A stretch of 64,000 nt of DNA from positions 1,152,001 through 1,216,000 of the forward strand of contig CAVYKI010000009.1 in assembly GCA_963769025.1 (NCBI GenBank). Direction: 5' to 3'. Shown one piece after another: positions 10,825-20,601 of this stretch. Position 1 is the first letter of the stretch. Every line of letters begins with the position of its first letter. A program made the position numbers and the translations under genes. The notes beneath the pieces are model-generated. The model ran no database searches. It was not told the origin of the DNA and saw nothing but the letters and a program-made list of their open reading frames with translations. The DNA is from an uncultured Verrucomicrobiae bacterium. Lineage in GTDB: Bacteria; Verrucomicrobiota; Verrucomicrobiia; Chthoniobacterales; Chthoniobacteraceae.

Positions 10825-12030
10825 ATGGCCGCGCCACTGACCGACGACGAACAGCGCCGCCGCAATTCCTGGATGGTGGTGATCATCCTCTGGACCGCAC
10901 TGATCGTCGGCGTGCTCATCCGCTCGCTGCTGAAACCGGGCAGCGGCACCGTGTTTCCCATATTCCACACCGCCGGCGGACGCTGGCTCCACGGCGAAAA
11001 CCTCTACTCCGGCGGCACCGACTACCTCTACAGCCCGCTCGTCGCCGCATTACTTTCGCCGCTCGCGCTGCTGCCGCTGTGGCTGGCGAACATCGTCTGG
11101 CGGCTCGCCGTCGTGGGCGCTTATCTCGCCGCCGTCCGGGCGTGGCTGCGCGACGGCACGAGCCGCATCTCGGCAAAAAGCCACGCTGCGGTGTTTCTCA
11201 TCCTCCTGCCGCTCTCGGTCGGAAGCATCAACAACGCGCAATCCAACCCGCTCGTGATCGCGCTCGTCATGTTCGCGCTCATCGCGTCGCGTGGATCGCG
11301 CTGGCTGCTGGCCGCGCTCTGCATCGCCGTCGTCGCCTACCTGAAAATCTACCCGCTCGCGGCAGGCCTGCTGCTCGCGGTCCTGTTTCCGAGGCAGTTT
11401 ACGTGGCGCCTCGGCGCGGCGCTCGTGGCGCTGGGCGCGCTGTCGTTCGTGCTGCAAAAGCCGGCCTACGTGCTCGAACAGTACCAAAACTGGGCCGCTA
11501 CGCGCTCCGTGGACGAGCGGCACTACGACGTGATGAACCGGCCACGCGACCTGTGGACGCTGCTCTACGCCTGCGGCATCGAGCTAAACTTGCGGCTCTA
11601 CTTTTTCATCCAGATCCTCGGCGGCGCATGCATCGCGGCGCTCTGCCTTTTCGGCCGGCTGAAAGGATGGGGCACGGATCGGCTGCTGACGCTCATCTTC
11701 ACCCTCGTATCGTGCTGGATGCTGCTGCTCGGCCCGGCGACCGAATCCGCGACTTACATCATCCTCGCGCCTGCCGTTTCCCTCGCGCTGGTCGAGGCAT
11801 TCAGCCGCCCGTTTCCAACGTGGATGCGCGCGCTCGTCACGACCGCGTTCACGATTCTCATCGGCGGTGCGGCGTTCATCGCGTTCGCAGGGCGGCGCCG
11901 CGACCTGTGGTCCATGTCCATCCAGCAAATCGGCACCGTGCTCTTCGCCGTCTTCGCACTCGCATGGATATTCAGGGATTCCCTCTGGCGCGACGACGAG
12001 GGTCGGGCGCGTTCGCCGAACGCGTCCTGA
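10825..12030 (+). CDS. Membrane glycosyltransferase, GT87/DUF2029 family
   Basis: Multi-TM protein with ENLY...YLYSPLVAALLSPLALLP, SINNAQSNPLV and LKIYP motifs. Confidence 0.85.
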   Translation: MAAPLTDDEQRRRNSWMVVIILWTALIVGVLIRSLLKPGSGTVFPIFHTAGGRWLHGENLYSGGTDYLYSPLVAALLSPLALLPLWLANIVWRLAVVGAYLAAVRAWLRDGTSRISAKSHAAVFLILLPLSVGSINNAQSNPLVIALVMFALIASRGSRWLLAALCIAVVAYLKIYPLAAGLLLAVLFPRQFTWRLGAALVALGALSFVLQKPAYVLEQYQNWAATRSVDERHYDVMNRPRDLWTLLYACGIELNLRLYFFIQILGGACIAALCLFGRLKGWGTDRLLTLIFTLVSCWMLLLGPATESATYIILAPAVSLALVEAFSRPFPTWMRALVTTAFTILIGGAAFIAFAGRRRDLWSMSIQQIGTVLFAVFALAWIFRDSLWRDDEGRARSPNAS

Positions 12031-12057
12031 TCCGCGCGACGGCCCGGCGAGTTGTCG

Positions 12058-13956
12058 TTACGCGACGGACGCCACACGAACTGCCTCGAGTTCCTCCCAT
12101 CGGGCAAAAAGCGCCGCCGCACGCGACTTCGCAGCCTCGAGCTTCGCCTCCCATTCGGGGAATTCCTTCGAGCGCGTGACGAAGAACGCGGGATCCGCGA
12201 GCATCTTCTCGATCTCGGCGGCCTCGGCCTCCGCTGCGTGGATCGCATCCTCGATGCCGTCGAGTTCCTTCTGCTCCTTGTAGCTGAGCTTCCGCGCCCG
12301 CGCTTTTTCGGGCTGCACGACCACTTTCACGGCAGGCTTCGGGATTTCTACGATCGGTCCCTTTGCGAGCGCGCGCTTCTTTTCGAGATAGTAGTCGTAG
12401 TCGCCGACGTTCAGCTCCACGCGCCCGTCGTCTTCGAATGCGAGGATGTGCGTGCAGACGCGATTCAGAAACCAGCGGTCATGGCTGACGACGAGCACGC
12501 AGCCGCCGAATTCCGCGAGGCCTTCCTCGAGAATTTGCAGCGTCGAAAGATCGAGGTCGTTCGTCGGCTCGTCGAGGATGAGCAGGTTGCCGCCTCGGAG
12601 CAAAATTTTTGCAATCGCGAGCCGGCTGCGCTCTCCGCCACTGAGGGATTTGATGCGACCATTGATCGCCTCGTCGGTGAAAAGATAGCGCTTCAGGTAG
12701 CTGCGGACATGCAGCTTGTGGTCGCCGAGCACGACCCAGTCGCTCTTGCCCGAGATGGCCTCCATCACGCTCTCCTCGTCGCGGAGGACTTCACGGTTCT
12801 GGTCCACGTAATTGATCACCGTGCGCGCGCCGATCTTCACCTCGCCCCATGTCGGCTTCTGCTCGCCGAGGATGATACGCAGCAGCGTGGTCTTGCCTGC
12901 GCCGTTGCGTCCTACGAAACCGACGCGGGCGCCGGGAGGAAGCTCCAGCGAGAGGTAGTCGAAAAGTTTCCGCCCGCCGATTTCCACGCCGACATTGATG
13001 AGGTCGAGGATGGTGTTCCCGAGCTTCGGCGGCGGCGGGATGATGAGGTCCACATCCTCCTCGCGCTGCGGGCCAGCCTGCGCGGCGAGTTCGTGATAGC
13101 GCGCGATGCGATCCACGCTCTTCGTGCGGCGCGCGCTCGGGCCCTTGCGGACCCATTCGAGTTCGCGTGCGAGAAATTTTTGACGCTGGCGCTCGCTCGA
13201 CTCCTCACCGGCTTCACGCTCGGCCTTTGTCGTGAGGTATTGCTGGTAGTTGCCCGGGTAGGAATAGAACTGCCCGGCCTTCAACTCGACGATGCGCGAG
13301 GCAACACGGTCGAGGAAGTAGCGGTCGTGGGTGACGAGGAAGCAGGTGCCGGGATAGCTGCGCAGGAAATTTTCCAGCCACTCGACGCTCTGCGGATCGA
13401 GGTGGTTCGTCGGTTCGTCGAGGATGAGAAGCTCCGGCTGCGCGATGAGCGCGCGGCAGAGTGCGACGCGGCGCTTTTCCCCGCCGCTCAGCGGGCGGAC
13501 GATGCGATCCGCAGCGGGCGCGTGGAGATTTTGCAGCAGGCTTTTCAGGCGTGAGTCGAGATTCCAGCCGTCGTGCCGCTCGATCTCGTCGAGCAAATCC
13601 GCGCCGCGGTGCGAGTCGCCGGGCGTGTTTTCGTATTCGGCGATGATGTCGAGGATGTGCTGCGCGCCGCTGAGCACGTTGGCCTCCACGGTCGCATCCA
13701 GATCGAGGTCGAACGTCTGCGACAGGAAGCCTGTCATGATTCCGCGACGCCGCGAAACTTCGCCCTCATCCGGCTCTAAATCACCTGCGATGATTTTGAG
13801 CAGTGTGCTTTTTCCGCAGCCGTTGCGACCGACGAGGCCGACGTGTTCTCCCTCGTGCAGTGCGATGGTGGAACCGCCCAGAAGCGTCGTCGCGCCGTAG
13901 CGGACGACGAGGCCATTGGCGCTGACGACGGGTGTTGCGTTTGCGGGTGCGGACAT
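12058..13956 (-). CDS. ABC-F family ATPase (Uup/YfmR-like)
   Basis: Two ABC cassettes ([46 protein letters not shown]), no TM segments, Uup-type C-terminal [11 protein letters not shown]...LFARWEELE. Confidence 0.93.
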   Translation of the reverse strand: MSAPANATPVVSANGLVVRYGATTLLGGSTIALHEGEHVGLVGRNGCGKSTLLKIIAGDLEPDEGEVSRRRGIMTGFLSQTFDLDLDATVEANVLSGAQHILDIIAEYENTPGDSHRGADLLDEIERHDGWNLDSRLKSLLQNLHAPAADRIVRPLSGGEKRRVALCRALIAQPELLILDEPTNHLDPQSVEWLENFLRSYPGTCFLVTHDRYFLDRVASRIVELKAGQFYSYPGNYQQYLTTKAEREAGEESSERQRQKFLARELEWVRKGPSARRTKSVDRIARYHELAAQAGPQREEDVDLIIPPPPKLGNTILDLINVGVEIGGRKLFDYLSLELPPGARVGFVGRNGAGKTTLLRIILGEQKPTWGEVKIGARTVINYVDQNREVLRDEESVMEAISGKSDWVVLGDHKLHVRSYLKRYLFTDEAINGRIKSLSGGERSRLAIAKILLRGGNLLILDEPTNDLDLSTLQILEEGLAEFGGCVLVVSHDRWFLNRVCTHILAFEDDGRVELNVGDYDYYLEKKRALAKGPIVEIPKPAVKVVVQPEKARARKLSYKEQKELDGIEDAIHAAEAEAAEIEKMLADPAFFVTRSKEFPEWEAKLEAAKSRAAALFARWEELEAVRVASVA

Positions 13957-13972
13957 TGGAAGTGATTTTGGG

Positions 13973-14006
13973 AAAAAGAAAACGCGGGTGGTGTGCCCGC
14001 GTTTTC
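13973..14006 (-). terminator. Intrinsic terminator-like hairpin after cysK
   Basis: Minus strand GAAAACGCGGG-loop-CCCGCGTTTTC followed by TTTTT. Confidence 0.6.
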
Positions 14007-14032
14007 GAGGAGCGATTGGATGCGCGTCGCGC

Positions 14033-15030
14033 TTAGCCTCCGACGGCTGCGCGGGCATCCGCGGCGAGGGCGGTGGAGAGGTAGCGCTCGCCGGTCGAGC
14101 AGGCGACGGTGACGATGAGCTTGCCCTTGTTCTCCGGGCGCTTCGCGACCTGGATGGCGGCCCACACGTTCGCGCCGGTGCTGATGCCGACGAGGATGCC
14201 TTCCTCCTTCGCGAGGCGGCGCGCGATGGCGAACGAGTCGTCGTTCGACACCTTCACGCACTCGACGATCTGCGGCTTCCCCGCGGCGTCCTTGAGGTGG
14301 AGATTGTTCGGCACGAAGCCCGCGCCGGTGCCCTGAATCTTGTGCGGGCCGGGCTTCACGGGCTCGCCTGCGAGCGTCTGCGAAATGACCGGCGAATCCG
14401 CGGGTTCGACGGCGATGGCGGTGAACGACGCCTTGCGCGGTTTGATGACTTCGGTGACGCCGGTGATCGTTCCACCGGTGCCGACCGCGGCGACGAGGAT
14501 GTCGATCTTCCCGTCCGTGTCCGCCCACAGCTCCTCGGCGGTCGTCTTCGAGTGGATGGCCGGATTCGCGGGGTTGTTGAACTGCTGCGGCATCCACGCA
14601 TTCGGCGTGTCCTTCACGAGCTGCTTCGGCGCGCGCGATGGCGCCCTTCATGCCCTCGGTGCCGGGCGTGAGGACGAGCTTCGCACCGAGCATCGCGAGC
14701 AGCGTGCGGCGCTCGACGGACATCGTCTCGGGCATCGTGAGGATGAGCTTGTAGCCCTTCGCCGCCGCGACGAATGCGAGCGCGATGCCCGTGTTGCCGC
14801 TCGTGGGCTCGACGATGACGGTGTCCTTGTTCAAAATGCCGCGCTTCTCCGCATCCTCGATCATCGCCACGCCGATACGGTCCTTCACCGAGCCGAGCGG
14901 GTTGAAAAATTCGCACTTGAGCGCGATCGTCGTGCTCGGGTCCACGCCTTCGGCAGGCCGGGATGCGGTTGAGTTTCACCAGCGGCGTGCGGCCGACGGT
15001 TTCGATGATGTTGTTGTAGATGTTGCCCAT
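14033..15030 (-). CDS. cysK: Cysteine synthase A; 2 apparent frameshifts (~14950, ~14625)
   Basis: [80 protein letters not shown]. Confidence 0.96.
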
Positions 15031-15061
15031 GGTGAGGATGAGTTGGTTGAAAGGAGTGCCG

Positions 15062-15090
15062 TGTCTAGCGGTCAGCGCCCGGAGCGGCAA
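15062..15090 (-). promoter_or_regulatory. Putative sigma70-type promoter of cysK
   Basis: TTGCCG-17 nt-TAGACA on the minus strand. Confidence 0.5.
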
Positions 15091-15135
15091 GGCGGAGTTT
15101 TACGCGACTCACACCATCATTGGAGCGACTGCCTG

Positions 15136-15312
15136 TTATTCGACGTCTTCGTTTTCACGCTTCCGCTCAATCCAATCGTCGAACTCTTCATGTAAACTCT
15201 CAGTATCCTGTTCGAGATCCCAATCCTCGCCGTATTTTTTCATCAGGTAAGTTTCTCTCGCAGCAGCGTATCGAGCATCCACGCCTGCTTGCTCAAACTT
15301 GCGCCGCGTTTC
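15136..15312 (-). pseudogene. 3' fragment (58 aa) of a lower-GC gene cut by the IS
   Basis: Open frame starting exactly at the IS boundary: ETRRKFEQAGVDARYAAARETYLMKKYGEDWDLEQDTESLHEEFDDWIERKRENEDVE*. Confidence 0.6.
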
Positions 15313-15341
15313 TGGCCTGCCCCCGGTTTTTGAGCCACTCG

Positions 15342-15785
15342 CTATGAGAGTTTTTGGTTGGGTTCGGGTGTTTGGTTGTTGGTTTGGTGTTCTTGGGGAA
15401 GAGCGCAGCCATGCGGCTGCCGGAGCGTAGCGGAGGCGGCCGCATGGCTGCGCTGCGCGAACTCCACGGGCGTCTGGTCCTCCAGCGAGGAATGCGGGCG
15501 TCCTTGGTTGTGCCAGTGCCGGTGTTGCCTGCCGAGCACTTTTGCCTCCAACACCGACGCGAAGGCTTCACGGTTCAGGAACTCGTCGCGGTAGCCCGCC
15601 CGCGGATGGGCCGCCGAAATGCGTCGCAGTTCCGCGGCCAGCGCCGCGTCCTTGCTTCGCCGCCGCCCGCGGTAGCGTTGCGTGCTGCGCGGCTGCCGGA
15701 TCGTGGTGCAGGCCCGGCGTTCGCTCACGGCCAGCTCGTGCTGCACATGCACCACGGCTTCTCGTTTGCGCTCCGGGCCTACCAT
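15342..15785 (-). pseudogene. IS3 orfB transposase lacking the DDE core
   Basis: VSERRAC...PRSTQRY...HPRAGYR is joined directly to DEFLN...HNQGRPHSSL..TP. The integrase catalytic region is absent. Confidence 0.85.
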
Positions 15786-16057
15786 TTTCCCTCCGCAATC
15801 TCCTTGAGGATCGCCTTGTCCAGCGACAGGTCGGCCACCAGCTTCTTGAGCCGTCCGTTTTCCTTCTCCAGCTCCTTGAGCCGTTTGACGGTCTCCTCCT
15901 TGGCCCCGCCATATTCCTGCCGCCATCGGTGGTAGGTCGGCGGGCTGACTTCCAGCTTCTTGCAGACTTCCTCAACGCCCTGGCCTCCGGCCAGCAGCGT
16001 CGCCGCCTCGCGCAGCTTCTTGATGATCTCTTCGGGTGTGTGTCGTTTGCGTTTCAT
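15779..16057 (-). CDS. IS3 orfA (HTH_Tnp_1 DNA-binding protein)
   Basis: MKRKRHTPEEIIKKLREA...VCKKLEVSPPTYHRWRQEYGG...LKELEKENGRLKKLVADLSLDKAILKEIAEGKW. Confidence 0.93.
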   Translation of the reverse strand: MKRKRHTPEEIIKKLREAATLLAGGQGVEEVCKKLEVSPPTYHRWRQEYGGAKEETVKRLKELEKENGRLKKLVADLSLDKAILKEIAEGKW

Positions 16058-16129
16058 GGTGAGAGTTCGGCGGCGCTCACGCGCCGCCAACTCTCATAGC
16101 GCCTGGATCAGTTTTTGGGGAGCACGCCA

Positions 16130-16181
16130 GATTGAGCTGCGGGCGCTCTTCTAGAAACGCGAAAACATATTGCTCACTCAT
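16130..16181 (-). pseudogene. 5' fragment (MSEQYVFAFLEERPQLN) of a gene cut by the IS
   Basis: ATG at 16181 lies 8 nt after TAAAAT with TTTGACG upstream; the frame runs into the IS end. Confidence 0.45.
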
Positions 16182-16238
16182 TTGCCGCCATTTTACCGGT
16201 CAAAAACACGCGTCAAAGCGTGAAATCTACCATCCGGG

Positions 16239-17030
16239 CTACTTCACGCCGGCCATCGCCGTCCAGAATCCGAAATGCTGCAGCGCCTCCACGACTCCCG
16301 CGCTGGCTGCGCCTTTGGCGAGGTACCCGCCGGCGGTGCGGACGGTGAGCTTCACCTCCTCGCAGGAATTCGACGGGCATGCGACCCACTTGGCGAAGCT
16401 GCCGTCGAGCATCGGGATGTCGTTGTGATGGTCGCCGGCGGCGAAAATCGCGTTGTGGTCGAGGCCGAGGAGGCGTGCGAGTTCGCCGAGCGCGGTGCCT
16501 TTGCTATACGCCTCGTGGCAGAAGCGGATATAGATCGTGTTGCGCTGGTAGCTGAAGATGGGCAGGCGCGCGCGCAGTTCGTCGAGGAAATGGCAGAAGC
16601 GGTCCATGTCGGCGTTGCTCGCGGTGATGGCGCCGATGAAGCGGCCCTTATCCATGAGCGTCTGCGCGCCCTCGAACCGCTCGATGAATGCGAGCACCTC
16701 GGCGAGCAGCGGGCCGGCGAGCCGGAACAGCTCGTCGTGGTCGCGCACGCCGCGCTCGTTCCAATCGCCAAATGGCTTCCACGCGCCGTCCTCCTCGCGG
16801 TGGTAAATGTCGCGCTCCTCGACGATGGCGTAATCTGGCTGGATGGGCAGGGCGAATTCGCGCTTCAGCCCGTCGTCCATGTGCCAAAGCGTGCGGCCGG
16901 TGTTCACGGCCCACTTCACCCCGGCGGCCCGGAGGTCGCGCAGGGCCGTGATCATCTCCGGCACGACGGAAGGTTTCGCGTCGTGGTTGATGATGGTGCC
17001 GTCGAAGTCGGTGCTCAGGAGCTGAAGCAT
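16239..17030 (-). CDS. HAD-superfamily hydrolase, subfamily IIB-like
   Basis: STDFDGT, VNTGR, SKGTAL, AGDHHNDIPML motifs. Confidence 0.9.
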   Translation of the reverse strand: MLQLLSTDFDGTIINHDAKPSVVPEMITALRDLRAAGVKWAVNTGRTLWHMDDGLKREFALPIQPDYAIVEERDIYHREEDGAWKPFGDWNERGVRDHDELFRLAGPLLAEVLAFIERFEGAQTLMDKGRFIGAITASNADMDRFCHFLDELRARLPIFSYQRNTIYIRFCHEAYSKGTALGELARLLGLDHNAIFAAGDHHNDIPMLDGSFAKWVACPSNSCEEVKLTVRTAGGYLAKGAASAGVVEALQHFGFWTAMAGVK

Positions 17031-17033
17031 GGA

Positions 17034-17128
17034 TGGAGAGTTGATGATTGAGGGTTGCGAGTCGCTCAGTCTAGATTCGTTTCCGCCAAAAGGACGGCGA
17101 CACTCAACTCTCAACACAAAACTCTCAA
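17034..17128. repeat. Inverted heptamer-array hairpin (TTGAGAG-like x4 / CTCTCAA-like x4)
   Basis: tggagag ttgatga ttgaggg ttgcgag (17034-17061), 39-nt spacer, cactcaa ctctcaa cacaaaa ctctcaa (17101-17128). Confidence 0.7.
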
Positions 17129-17133
17129 CCTGA

Positions 17134-17416
<283 letters not shown>

Positions 17417-17551
17417 CACCCGGATACGACGGCGGATTTGCGGCGCCTGAAGAGGAGTGACGCGCATCGCCTGCACTTTGCCACTGGCTGTGCAGTCGCC
17501 ATCCCCCGCAGCCCTTGACTCTCCCCGCGCGCTCCGCTGGCATCGCGCCGC

Positions 17552-18586
17552 ATGAAATCCCTCCCCGCCATCGTCCTGTCGCTCACGTTCGCCGCAATCG
17601 CATCCGCTGAAGATCAGTGGATCACCTACGAGGGCAAGGAGGGGCCCGGCAAAGGCAAGCGCGTCGTGCTGCTCGCGGGCGACGAGGAATACCGCTCGGA
17701 GGAAGCGTTGCCGATGCTCGGAAAGCTGCTCAGCCAGCGGCACGGTTTCACGGCCACCGTGCTTTTCTCGATCAACAAGGAGACCGGCGAAATCGATCCG
17801 AACACCCCGGACAATGAGCCGGGCATGGCGGCGCTCGACAAGGCGGACCTCGTCATCACTTCGCTGCGCTTCCGCCGCTGGCCGGATGAGCAGTTCAGAC
17901 ATTTCGCGGACTACGTGAAGGCCGGCAAACCCGTCATCGGTCTGCGCACGAGCACGCATGCGTTCTCGGGCATCAAGGGCGAATTCGCGCCGTTCAACGC
18001 ATTCGGGAAAAAGGTGTACGGCGAGGGCTGGGTGAGCCATTGGGGCAGGCACAAGGGCGAGGCCACGCGCGGCGTCATCGAAAGCGGCGCAAAGGACGAC
18101 GTCCTCCTGCGCGGAGTGAGCGATATATTCGGTGACACCGACGTGTATGAAGCCTACCCGCCCGCCGATGCGAAGATCCTCATCCGCGGCGTCGTGCTCA
18201 AAGGCATGAAGCCGGGCGACGAGCCGGCCGATTACAAAAAGAAGCGCGCGACGGACAAGCAGGAGCAGGGTATCAACGAGCCCGCGATGCCGGTTGTCTG
18301 GACGAGGGTGAATGACAACGACTTTGGCAAAGGCAACAAGGTCCTCTGCACCACGCTCGGCTCCGCCACCGACCTCGAGAATGAGGGCCTCCGCCGCCTC
18401 CTCGTGAACGCCGCCTACTCGTTCACGGGCCTCGAAGTGCCGGCGAAGGCGAACGTCGAATACGTCGATCCCTACAAGCCGCTCTTCTACGGCTTCAACG
18501 GATTCCGCAAGGGCCTGAAGGTCTCCGATCTGGCCCTCGGCAAGGCACTGCCCGAACTGCCGCTCGCGAATGAAAAGAAAAAGTGA
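17552..18586 (+). CDS. Exported ThuA-like domain protein
   Basis: Signal peptide; VVLLAGDEEYRSEEALP, GKPVIGLRTSTHAF, TTLGSATDL. Confidence 0.85.
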   Translation: MKSLPAIVLSLTFAAIASAEDQWITYEGKEGPGKGKRVVLLAGDEEYRSEEALPMLGKLLSQRHGFTATVLFSINKETGEIDPNTPDNEPGMAALDKADLVITSLRFRRWPDEQFRHFADYVKAGKPVIGLRTSTHAFSGIKGEFAPFNAFGKKVYGEGWVSHWGRHKGEATRGVIESGAKDDVLLRGVSDIFGDTDVYEAYPPADAKILIRGVVLKGMKPGDEPADYKKKRATDKQEQGINEPAMPVVWTRVNDNDFGKGNKVLCTTLGSATDLENEGLRRLLVNAAYSFTGLEVPAKANVEYVDPYKPLFYGFNGFRKGLKVSDLALGKALPELPLANEKKK

Positions 18587-18598
18587 GCGCGCGGGCGC

Positions 18599-19681
18599 TC
18601 AGCGGGCCGTGCGCTTCCCGCGCGGGACGGATGCGACGGCGCTCCCCGCAAGGGGGACCTCGCGCCACCCGGACGAGTCGAAGAAAAGCCGCCGGCTGCT
18701 CACTTTCACGAAAACCGATTCGAGCGGGCGCAGCGCCGCGGCAGGAATACGCACCTCGGTCACCGCTCCCTTCACGCGCACCGTGCACCTGCGCTGAAGC
18801 GCTCCGCAGGTTTCATCGCGCAATTCCACACAGCGGCTCCGTGACGGCAGCGGGAGCGACCAGCGGACCATCCCGAGCGGAATGCTTTGCGCAGCGATAA
18901 ACAGCCGTCTCCGCGGCAGCGGCGCGCGAACGCTGCGGACTAGAAGCCTGAGCGCGCCGTCCTTGAATGACGCCTCGCTCACCGGATGGTGCGCGGAAGT
19001 TTCGACCGCCGCCGGCAGCAGATCGTAAGGCTCCTCCGCCCTCGCGTACGCAGTGAAGCGCCGCTTGCTCAGCGCCATCTGCGTCTCGTGGCAGAGAATG
19101 GCCTGCCGTTTGTCGCGCATCTCCGCGGGGGTGAGCCGGAGACAGAGCGCTGGTCCCGGCGCGGACTTGCCCCGCCGGTGGACGACGTAGGTGAGCACCC
19201 GGCAGTCGGCGAGCGCGCCGGAAAAAGCGAAGCGCGCCAGCACATGCAGCGCGCTGTGGTCGGGATGCGCGTCGTCCGCGGACGGCAGGATCACAATGGT
19301 CGGTCGCAAGGCCGCGAACTCGGCCCGCAGCGTCGCGATGGTCTGTTCGCCGCCGCGCAGCAGCACGCGCGTGACACCCTGGTCCGGCAGATTCAGGAAA
19401 ATGGAGGACGCATCGGTCCCGAGGAGAAAGCGCAACGCCGCCCGCGCCTCGTCCCTCCGGCGAGCCGCCCAGCGCAGTCGCGCCGACGCCGAGATGAATA
19501 CGCGCTTCTCGACCGCGCGCTGCGGCCACGGATTGTCATCGCCGCTCGTGCCAAAAATGACACCCACCTCCGCACCCGCCTGTTTCACACGCAGGAGGAG
19601 TCCGCCTGCGCCGATTGATTCGTCATCCGGATGCGGCGCGACGACGAGGATCCGATCCGTAGGTGAAATGGTGATCTGCAT
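18599..19681 (-). CDS. PIG-L/LmbE family deacetylase with C-terminal extension
   Basis: LVVAPHPDDESIGAGG, RRRDEARAA, LPDQG, DAHPDH, HETQM. Confidence 0.88.
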   Translation of the reverse strand: MQITISPTDRILVVAPHPDDESIGAGGLLLRVKQAGAEVGVIFGTSGDDNPWPQRAVEKRVFISASARLRWAARRRDEARAALRFLLGTDASSIFLNLPDQGVTRVLLRGGEQTIATLRAEFAALRPTIVILPSADDAHPDHSALHVLARFAFSGALADCRVLTYVVHRRGKSAPGPALCLRLTPAEMRDKRQAILCHETQMALSKRRFTAYARAEEPYDLLPAAVETSAHHPVSEASFKDGALRLLVRSVRAPLPRRRLFIAAQSIPLGMVRWSLPLPSRSRCVELRDETCGALQRRCTVRVKGAVTEVRIPAAALRPLESVFVKVSSRRLFFDSSGWREVPLAGSAVASVPRGKRTAR

Positions 19682-19829
19682 GGACCGCGCGGACGCTAGC
19701 TGGACGCCGCGGGATGGCAACGCGGGAAACCGCGGAGCATCCGCAACCCACTGCGCGCACGCCTTGCGACGAATCGCCAATCACGTTTGCCGGCGCCCTT
19801 CACGCTCTGCTCTTGTGAAAAAATTCCCC

Positions 19830-19858
19830 TTGCCAACCCATCCCCTCATTCCCATCTT
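19830..19858 (+). promoter_or_regulatory. Putative sigma70-type promoter of tRNA-Ala
   Basis: TTGCCA-17 nt-CATCTT, with an A-tract upstream. Confidence 0.55.
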
Positions 19859-19875
19859 CCCCGCCCGCTGCGAAC

Positions 19876-19948
19876 GGGGTCTTAGCTCAGTTGGTAGAGC
19901 GCCTGAATGGCATTCAGGAGGTCAGGGGTTCGAACCCCCTAGGCTCCA
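19876..19948 (+). tRNA. tRNA-Ala(GGC); 3' CCA not encoded
   Basis: GGGGTCT/AGGCTCC acceptor stem with G3:U70, D arm, CCTGA-ATGGCAT-TCAGG anticodon arm, GTTCGAA T loop; followed by CTC. Confidence 0.97.
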
Positions 19949-20247
19949 CTCCTTTCGTCAGAAAGAGAGTCCCGCCCGTGGATTCCGGTGGGCGGAGCGG
20001 GACATCAATGGCAGCGCACCGGCCTCGTACCGCCGCACGGATTTACCTCTTGGCCCGACGCGGGCTACCGCGTCCACTCGTACCGGCATGTGAATCGTAG
20101 TCGGACGGCTCGCTGGTCGCCACGGTCGGCGAGGGCGCATTGGTGAGTGCCGGTGTCGCTGGGAAATGCGCTGACGCGAGCCCATTCGGTCCGACGGACA
20201 TCCGGGCGGAAACCCGGTGCGGTATCCAAGCCGTGCGCCGAGCGCCA

Positions 20248-20586
20248 TCAGGCGTCCTTGCGGATTTTTCCGCCCCACGAAAGGATCCGCGCCTTTCCTC
20301 CTGCGGCCTCGGCCTCGGGCACCTGGTGATTCTTGACGTAGCAGATGCTCAGCGTGCTCCACGCGAGCTGGTCGTTCGGGCGCAGCTCGGTGTTTTTCAA
20401 AGCTGCAGGAATCGCCTCGGAATGACGGCCGAGCTTCATCAGCGCCATGGCGAGCGCGTGCCACGCATCGGCGAAATCCGGCGCGAGCTCCGTGCAGCGG
20501 CGGTACTTTTCCACGGCCGCGTCGAGTTCGCCGAGGGCGAGATCGCCGTTCGCGTCGTCGAAGAGCTCGTCGAGTTCGGGCGTCAT
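20248..20586 (-). CDS. Small TPR protein
   Basis: LDAAVEKYRRCTELAPDFADAWHALAMALMKLG..EAI TPR pattern. Confidence 0.88.
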   Translation of the reverse strand: MTPELDELFDDANGDLALGELDAAVEKYRRCTELAPDFADAWHALAMALMKLGRHSEAIPAALKNTELRPNDQLAWSTLSICYVKNHQVPEAEAAGGKARILSWGGKIRKDA

Positions 20587-20601
20587 GAAAAGGCGCGGGC
20601 G

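Larger units (their letters stand above)
15313..16129 (-). mobile_element. IS3-family (IS407-like) element, 817 bp, internally deleted
   Basis: TG...CA ends with imperfect IRs TGGCCTGCCCCCGGTTTTTGAGCCACTCGCTATGAGAG and TGGCGTGCTCCCCAAAAACTGATCCAGGCGCTATGAGAG. orfA plus overlapping orfB, with GGGAAAA at the overlap. Confidence 0.93.

Noticed and set aside
15105..15145. Possible integron attC remnant after the lower-GC gene fragment
   Set aside because: No convincing RYYYAAC...GTTRRRY pairing could be drawn.
19876..20247. tRNA-anchored genomic island
   Set aside because: No integrase, no duplicated tRNA 3' end found, and the downstream genes are core-like.
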